DNA of 6,640 nucleotides. It comes from Amoeboradix gromovi X-113 (taxonomy: Eukaryota > Fungi > Sanchytriomycota). Positions 1 through 6,189 of this stretch are shown piece after piece. The stretch covers positions 1 through 6,640 of the forward strand of contig JADGIF010000560.1 in the NCBI GenBank assembly GCA_018985225.1, read 5' to 3'. Position 1 is the stretch's first letter; the number at the start of each line of letters is the position of its first letter. Both the position numbers and the translations under genes were made by a program. A model generated the notes under the pieces. It was given only the letters and a program-made list of their open reading frames with translations, searched no databases and was not told where the DNA came from.

Positions 1-267
1 CGTCGTGAGCTGCTGTACAAGCACTTTAAGCAAAGGTCGAATGTGTTTGAGTTTGCAAAAAACAAGGACTGCACTGATGTGGAACAGATTACAGAGTACT
101 TGAATGAGAGCGTATCGCTAAAGTCGTTGTATTATTGGATTGTCGGCCTTGATCATCTCCACATTGACTGTATTATTTTCCGGTATGTGTGCTGGGGCTA
201 TAGCACCATTTGTAATAATTTCGGGAAACTGAACATTTGGCGCTGGTCCCACATGTGTTCCGATTAA
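1..267 (+). CDS. 3' end of an unidentified plus-strand gene (partial; runs off the left edge), convergent with and overlapping the arrestin gene
   Basis: Frame 1 is open from base 1 to TAA at 265-267 (RRELLYKHFKQRSNVFEFAKNKDCTDVEQITEYLNESVSLKSLYYW...). The ORF-track start at 43 is a GTG inside this longer open frame. The first ~40 codons look protein-like. No family recognised. Confidence 0.4.
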   Translation, partial: RRELLYKHFKQRSNVFEFAKNKDCTDVEQITEYLNESVSLKSLYYWIVGLDHLHIDCIIFRYVCWGYSTICNNFGKLNIWRWSHMCSD

Positions 268-1104
268 GACAGGCATATTTATCACAGTACTGGTTGAGAG
301 TCCTTCATATTTAATCTGAATTTCTATTTCATACTCATTACTAATAAGTCTTCCTTTACTAGAAGGTAAAACGTTCATCGGAATATTAAAGGAGAATTGG
401 CTTTCTCCGGACTGACCAGGCTCATAATTTATTTCTTTTTTCTCCTTGAACATATTTGCAGATGACAATTTACCTTTTTTTTTGGCTCGGTATTCCGTAT
501 TCTGTAATAACTTCACTGTGATACTGCTAATTTTTTTCTTTGAATTGTTTTGAAAGTTAATAGACACTTGAACTAAATCACCAATTTTATATCCTTGAGA
601 GTTGGCCTTAACAAGGATCTCCATCATTCCACCTCCGTTAATTAAGGTGCTAAACGACTTTTGGTGTTGTTGTACTATTGGTGAAATTGACTCGCTAGGA
701 ATACATCCAAAAGGTCTAATAATTATTGGCAACTTTGTCTTATCGTCTAAAAAAGATTTGTGGCACCTTAAAGTTAACGTGTAGTATATTTTGCCATAGC
801 TGCCTTTAAAACTTGAGGCACACATTGGTATTTGTATTTGAAATGGATACTCAAAGTAGCCAGACGTGTTGTTTAATCCTGGACTGAGTTCTTGCATCAA
901 TGAATGGGTTACAGTAAAAATCACGGCATGCTCGCTGTAAGTTCTAGTATTGTCGCCGTGGCGTTCGGCCCATCTTGTGCGCTCTTTCCCTTTAAAATTC
1001 AAGGTTATATCCTTGTACTTTCTATTTGATTTCAAAAAACAGGTGCCCTGGATAATTTCTCCAGGATTGTAAGCCCCTTTATCCAGCTTGATCTCGGGTT
1101 TCAT
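118..1104 (-). CDS. Alpha-arrestin / arrestin-domain-containing protein (Arrestin_N + Arrestin_C), 328 aa, intronless
   Basis: Typical alpha-arrestin motifs: N-terminal 'IKLDKGAYNPGEIIQG', 'ITLNFKGKERTRW', 'YPFQIQIPMCASSFKGSYGKIYYTL'. C domain: 'GYKIGDLVQVSINFQNNSKKKISSITVKLLQ', 'FNIPMNVLPSSKGRLISNEYEIEI', ending 'MPVLIGT'. ATG start, TAG stop. Confidence 0.9.
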   Translation of the reverse strand: MKPEIKLDKGAYNPGEIIQGTCFLKSNRKYKDITLNFKGKERTRWAERHGDNTRTYSEHAVIFTVTHSLMQELSPGLNNTSGYFEYPFQIQIPMCASSFKGSYGKIYYTLTLRCHKSFLDDKTKLPIIIRPFGCIPSESISPIVQQHQKSFSTLINGGGMMEILVKANSQGYKIGDLVQVSINFQNNSKKKISSITVKLLQNTEYRAKKKGKLSSANMFKEKKEINYEPGQSGESQFSFNIPMNVLPSSKGRLISNEYEIEIQIKYEGLSTSTVINMPVLIGTHVGPAPNVQFPEIITNGAIAPAHIPENNTVNVEMIKADNPIIQRL

Positions 1105-1140
1105 ACAAACTCTGAAGGGTAGTCTCGCTTTTAAGTTTTA

Positions 1141-1260
1141 GATCCTCGGATATAATTGGCTTGAATGTAAATGAATCAATGAATATTGAAATGATTTATT
1201 AATTCATAAATGATACAAGCTTGAATTAATTAATTAATTTTAAAAACTACAATATTTGTG
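1141..1260. promoter_or_regulatory. AT-rich intergenic / putative (possibly bidirectional) promoter region upstream of the arrestin gene
   Basis: Very AT-rich stretch just upstream of the arrestin ATG. Contains TGAAT at 1162, 1172, 1180 and 1222 (plus ATTCA at 1202) and the palindrome (AATT)4 at 1224-1239. Function is inferred from position only. Confidence 0.35.
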
Positions 1261-1383
1261 AAACACTCATTCCGACCGTTGCCTTCATAACTTTTTTAAC
1301 TAGGTCAGTATAGTAACTGAGGAATCATTGAAACTGTCTGATAAAGTTTCAGTAGTCTCACTTTTTTATTTTTTTTAACGTAT

Positions 1384-3275
1384 ATGAGAATCTTTGTCTT
1401 CATAACAACTGCATTTCTAGTTTGCGCACATTTAGCATAACATTTTGTGTTCAATACTTTATTGCTACTTCTGGCATTTCTAGTAATAAGTTTGACTTGC
1501 TTTGTAGTATGTCCCATTGTATGATAAATCAAGTAGACATGAGACTCATTCTGATAAAATGTCCTTATTTCTAATTTGGAGGAACACCTAGAAAACACGC
1601 TAGGAATCTGACAGTCATGTCATCAGATGCGACATTACAAACATTAAGACAGAATATGAAAATGGTTATCGGTTGAGGTGCTGCAGAATAAGCTCAAGTG
1701 CTAATTCAGCCAAGCTATTTTGAAAGATATATTGCCCGTGAATTTCAAATGGGAAAAAGGCGTAAACGTCACACAACTCTGTGTTGGAAAAATGGAAAAG
1801 GAATACAATTTGTGGTATCGGAAATCACTGAGTAGTTCATCAAGAAGACAGCATTCCTAGTAATTTGTTGATCTCTTAGCTTTGACGTTTTTTGGTTGTA
1901 CAAATTTGGAGACCTCTTGCCATATGTCAAAAGAAAGAATATCCATTTTTTATTCAACTAGATTGATCTTCAAACATTTATGTTTGAGCTATATCACTCC
2001 AGTAATCATGACAATGTTTTATTCAATTAAAATCGATGACCGCTTCTTGCAATTTATGTGATCCAATCACATACGTAGCAAGCTTATCCAGATTTCATTT
2101 AGTCCATTTCAATATTTGAGTTACTGGACAATGGCTCCTGAAAAAATTGTGTCCATAATAAAGCAATCAATTACAAAAAAGAGGGATGCATCTCAAGATG
2201 ATCTGCTTAAACGAGCACTGCTGACTAGCCTTATGGTAATGTTTGTAAAGAAATATCCGGCCAGCTGGATAATTACTTTTGATCCAAAGATCTCAAGTCA
2301 GAAGCTGCAAGCAAAGTTGCTCAAAATGGTGAAATGTAATATCACAACTGACTATCGTATATGCATCGATCCAGCATGGAGCTACTATCCAAATGAAAAA
2401 GTAAGTAAATAAGCTGTTATTCAATATACCGGACAGTATTATCGTAAGTATTATGCTTGTTGAGTATTGAACATTATAGAAAAGCAAGCAACAAAAGGTG
2501 GCGGTGGTTTTGGATTACCCTGATTTTTTAAATTTCATATTATGTACACATTGCTGACTATCCCATTTTTAGACACTTAAATTTCAGTCTGCATCTTGGC
2601 TCTGAATCTCATTACATTAAAAGTCCTGGTTTAAAAAATCAGGAATTTCCACAAAGAAACTGAAAAGCCAGTCACTCCATTACAGCGATTGCTCACTCTT
2701 CCAGCATACGATGGCATACTTAAACAAGGATGCTGTAAGTAGATTCCTTGCTGACTTGTGCTCACTATCTACGTCCAAATGACATTTGTATGTGTATGTC
2801 TCTAAACTACTTTTCTTTAGAGTACCACGCACTACACTTCTATGGCTCCTCAAATTTGCAATCACACACTCTGTAAAAGGTGACTAGTCAACAAAGTCCC
2901 TCTGCATTATGAAGCAATTACCTTTGCAACTGTAAATTTTTAGACTACTGATAAAAGGCTAGAAGGATATTTGCATAGAGACTAGTATTCTCAATGCAAG
3001 AAAGAGTCTTCTTGCCTTTAAATTTTGTCTGAAAGAATACACTGTAGTACGATTTTTACAAATGTAAAATCTCAACGCAAAAACCAATAAAATTGAGCAC
3101 ATCTTGTTTTTCTATTTTTGGACCATTCGACTATTCAATGTTACCAGCAATTTACTCAGAATTGAAAGATCGTAAAGGCTGGAACCATTTCCAATTATTG
3201 AAAAAAGATTATCGAGTTTTGTGTAGTCTCAAGAGTATAGAAAGAGAGCCAATTCGGGCAATATGGCTCACATAA
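1384..3275 (+). pseudogene. Probable decayed plus-strand coding region(s) of unknown family, with a hydrophobic (signal/TM-like) N-terminus
   Basis: ATG at 1384 gives MRIFVFITTAFLVCAHLA*HFVFNTLLLLLAFLVISLTCFVV. Frame 1 from 1660 to 2412 has only 4 internal stops (1702, 1858, 1861, 2059) in ~250 codons, where roughly 18 are expected at this base composition. Frame 2 from 2621 to 2887 has one internal TGA (2780). ORF 3093-3275 ends just before the TERT stop. No family motif recognised. Confidence 0.4.
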
Positions 3276-3341
3276 GCATTTCAAGTGTTTATTCAATCAG
3301 AGTTGATAAATACAATCTATTGTCTTTTATTTTTATCTGAT

Positions 3342-5747
3342 TTAAATCTTAAATTGCTTTTCCCATTCAGTCATCTGCTCCAAAACCTTTCTCTTTAATG
3401 TACTGCTTACATGCCAAGTTAACCTTATTCCAAACTGATTTCTTTTAAACACTGTATCTATGATGTAAAGCATCAAATCATTGCATATAGTCCAATTCTC
3501 TTTAATAAACTTAGTTTTAACAGCATGAAGTACTTGCGTAGTAGATTTAATTAGTATTTCTTCAAGCTCTAGTATTTTTATTATATGTCCCCTGTTAACT
3601 AACACCTTTACAAGTGCTATTGACTTGTAGCAGCTCAGTAAAGTATGTTGTATCAAATTAATTATTATATCAGAATCACCGTTCATATCGCCATAAAGCA
3701 TCCTTAACAAGTGCACTTTAAATATATGGCTTATTTTGTTTATATTTGTTATGGTTGTAAAATAGCGAATCTCTCGACCTGCGTATTTCGAGTAGTCTCT
3801 TCGGACACCAAAGTCATCTAGTCTTATTTTTAAGCCACACCATGTTATCTCACTATTCACGCCCATTGATGTCGCTGTCCATGTCTTGCTCGAGTTTAAC
3901 TTTAAGCCATGGGTATATTGAGGCTGTTGGACATATTTCAAGAACAGCTTGCATTGCTCAGGGTCATTTGAGAATAGCAACACATCGTCTACAAAGTGAG
4001 CCACATGGCAGCTGCTGTCTAACCGACTCATAATTTGCTTCAAAAAATCATGAAAAACTAGAGTGCAAAGGGTTGCAGATAAAATAGAACCTTGCGGAAC
4101 GCCTTTTTTTTGCTTGTAGTTTTTATCCTTAATATTTATTACATTTTCGTGGATATGGCTGCGTATTAATTGCAGTATTTCTGTTCTCATTACATATGAA
4201 ACACCCTTTGTAGGTTCAAAAAACGACTTTCGCATAGGAAAAAGATGCATATTATGTCTTAAATGGATCGGATTGTCACTACTTATTGCCTTGCGATGCT
4301 GCTTTGAATACCATTCATTCCCACTCTGACCGTTTTCAAAATATTCAATTATAGGATACTCTCGATGTTTCAACAGCGATTTTACGAGTGATATAGATGT
4401 AGACTGATCTATACAGTCATATGCAGACTCGAAATCGGTCTTGACTACATACAGTGGTTTTTTTTGCAATTTCATCACTTGAAAGAATGGCTCCAATTGC
4501 GACAGATTAGTGATTGAATATATGTTATCCTGTCCAAACCGTCTACTATTGAGTTCCATGGAACAACATGTGAACGCGTTTTTCAATTTTTCATTAATGC
4601 TCTTTTCATTACTGTTCTTGCGGCTCAAGTTAACTATTGGCCTTAGCCCTCTCGATTTTGGCAGCAGTCTTAGATTCGAAGAGCCAAAATGACTGTTGGC
4701 ATGCTCTACCTGAATGAAATTGGTTGATATGAAAAGCTCCTTTTGAATAGAACTTGCAAAAGTCCATTTATATCTAGGAATAAAGAATACTTTGTTGCCA
4801 TAAAAGTCGGAATCAGTAACATAAAAAAATTTTAGTAATAATGGTTTAAGGAACTTTTTGAAGTACCAGTAAATAAAAGAATATCGAGCAAGAATAGGAT
4901 TTACAAGTTTTTCGAACCAGGAATTAGCGCACTCTACAAAACGAGGCATAAAATAGTCCAAGGTCATGAGCTCATATTTAGACAGGGATAGAAAATGTCC
5001 AACTGCTTCAAGAATTATCTTCTTTTCTTGTCTTGACAAGAATGTAAAAAAGTGTTGATTTACGGAAGAAATAAACTTTAAGACATTGCAGATGTTCCAG
5101 TGTTCTAGACCGTTATCCAAAGCATCAAAAATGTAGCGGTACTTGTGCCTATCGTGCATTTTGAGAATATTTCTGACAAATGGCTTCAAAATGCAGTTTT
5201 GTTGATTAAAGCCAAACTGCGCTCTGCCTGAGGCTATATACTCTTGATCGCCTTTCCATATCTCTTGCAAATTAAACATTGAAGGAAACATTTGTCGTGC
5301 AAGTAGTTGCAGTCGATGAATTGGAAATGAAGTAAAATTTAGAATAGACATTGAGTCGATATAAAGCAACTCAGATATTCTCATGCAAAGCGAATTGTCA
5401 ACAATCTTCTTTGGGTGCCTTTGCCACCTCTGTTTTCTTTTAATCCCAACTGAGACTCTCAGGGAAACACCACCAATTTGGATATATCTACTGTCTACAC
5501 ACTCTACTATCGAATAATGCATAAGTATGCTTCCTAACCTATCGTGTATAATAGAGTAAATCTGCTCAATTGATTGTTCTATCAGAACATGTCTTTTTTT
5601 CTCCATACCAAGTTCTTTCACAGCTCTGCAGAAGTCGTGATAATTTTGAGAAGAAACGTCGACATCTATTTCAGGCATATTCATGTCGATTAGATACATG
5701 TTGCTTGGTATTCTTAGATCATTTACAAACTCTTCAAGTTTTATCAT
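3342..5747 (-). CDS. TERT: Telomerase reverse transcriptase catalytic subunit (TERT/Est2/Trt1), 801 aa, intronless
   Basis: TEN/GQ motif 'RLGSILMHYSIV...YIQIGG' (~5469-5545); CP-like 'ILKMHDRHKYRYIF'; QFP-like 'VLKFISSV...FLSLSKYE'; T motif 'YWYFKKFLKPLLLKFFYVTD...W' (FFYVTD 4812-4829); motifs 1/2 'LRLLPKSRGLRPIVNL'; motif A 'KTDFESAYDCI' (Asp 4434-4436); motif B' 'QKKGVPQGSILS' (PQGS 4086-4097); motif C 'FVDDVLL' (DD 3984-3989); motif D 'GLKLNSSKT'; motif E 'WCG' (3834-3842); then the C-terminal extension. The ORF track starts at a TTG (5765). The first in-frame ATG is 5745-5747, and an in-frame TGA lies at 5775-5777. Confidence 0.96.
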   Translation of the reverse strand: MIKLEEFVNDLRIPSNMYLIDMNMPEIDVDVSSQNYHDFCRAVKELGMEKKRHVLIEQSIEQIYSIIHDRLGSILMHYSIVECVDSRYIQIGGVSLRVSVGIKRKQRWQRHPKKIVDNSLCMRISELLYIDSMSILNFTSFPIHRLQLLARQMFPSMFNLQEIWKGDQEYIASGRAQFGFNQQNCILKPFVRNILKMHDRHKYRYIFDALDNGLEHWNICNVLKFISSVNQHFFTFLSRQEKKIILEAVGHFLSLSKYELMTLDYFMPRFVECANSWFEKLVNPILARYSFIYWYFKKFLKPLLLKFFYVTDSDFYGNKVFFIPRYKWTFASSIQKELFISTNFIQVEHANSHFGSSNLRLLPKSRGLRPIVNLSRKNSNEKSINEKLKNAFTCCSMELNSRRFGQDNIYSITNLSQLEPFFQVMKLQKKPLYVVKTDFESAYDCIDQSTSISLVKSLLKHREYPIIEYFENGQSGNEWYSKQHRKAISSDNPIHLRHNMHLFPMRKSFFEPTKGVSYVMRTEILQLIRSHIHENVINIKDKNYKQKKGVPQGSILSATLCTLVFHDFLKQIMSRLDSSCHVAHFVDDVLLFSNDPEQCKLFLKYVQQPQYTHGLKLNSSKTWTATSMGVNSEITWCGLKIRLDDFGVRRDYSKYAGREIRYFTTITNINKISHIFKVHLLRMLYGDMNGDSDIIINLIQHTLLSCYKSIALVKVLVNRGHIIKILELEEILIKSTTQVLHAVKTKFIKENWTICNDLMLYIIDTVFKRNQFGIRLTWHVSSTLKRKVLEQMTEWEKQFKI

Positions 5748-5927
5748 TCCAAGGAGATGCAACAATACAACATATCAAACAAGCCGCGTTTGTGTCCCGA
5801 TGCAACGCGATCTTCATTGCCTCATCTTCTGAAGTAATAAATGGTGATGATCAGTGAAAACTAGAACGACTTTTGTCGGCGTTATCGTATGATGGCAGGA
5901 ATCTATGGGTTTCCCTGCTTTTAATTA

Positions 5928-5981
5928 CATTCTCAAGTCCAGGTGCAGTATTTCGTTTCGACTACTCGCATTTCAAGTCCA
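5928..5981 (+). repeat. Short imperfect direct repeat CATT(C)TCAAGTCCA x2 flanking a hairpin
   Basis: CATTCTCAAGTCCA at 5928-5941 and CATTTCAAGTCCA at 5969-5981 (40-nt period of the TCAAGTCCA core). Between them TGCAGTA (5944-5950) pairs with TACT(C)GCA (5963-5970). Confidence 0.55.
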
Positions 5982-6090
5982 ACACACCGGCAAGAGTGCT
6001 TTACGGGTTATTTGTACTATTGAATGGAAGAATCATAACAACTGTCAAGTTTAGCGCGTATTGGCTGAACTGACTCTGCATATACAGAGC

Positions 6091-6189
6091 ACAGGATGAA
6101 TGGTACCATTTGCAGTCCTTACACTTGATGGATATTCAACGCATGCCAGAAATTGCATTTAACAGGATCTGACACAGACTCAGCAGGCA
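6091..6189 (-). pseudogene. PHD-finger-like remnant within a stop-interrupted minus-strand frame
   Basis: Minus-strand translation CLLSLCQILLNAISGMR*ISIKCKDCKWYHSSC gives C-x4-C-x16-C-x2-C-x3-H-x2-C with WYH, resembling the PHD core CxxCxxW(F/Y)HxxC but one residue short. TGA at 6136-6138. The final CxxC pair is not found in frame. Confidence 0.35.

Noticed and set aside
3342-5747. RT as a retrotransposon, Penelope, group II intron, retron or DGR enzyme
   Set aside because: The telomerase-specific T, CP-like, QFP-like and GQ motifs are present. There is no endonuclease, RNase H or integrase domain and no terminal repeats.
5748-5765. TERT start at TTG 5765 as in the ORF track
   Set aside because: Eukaryotic gene; the ATG six codons downstream gives a typical TERT N-terminus (MIKLEEFV).
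602-5857. Short ORFs 602-784, 3842-4033, 4510-4692, 5570-5857 (+) and 1305-1598, 1769-1957, 2293-2487, 2680-2865 (-)
   Set aside because: Mostly non-ATG starts, antisense shadows of real or decayed genes, and no recognisable motifs.
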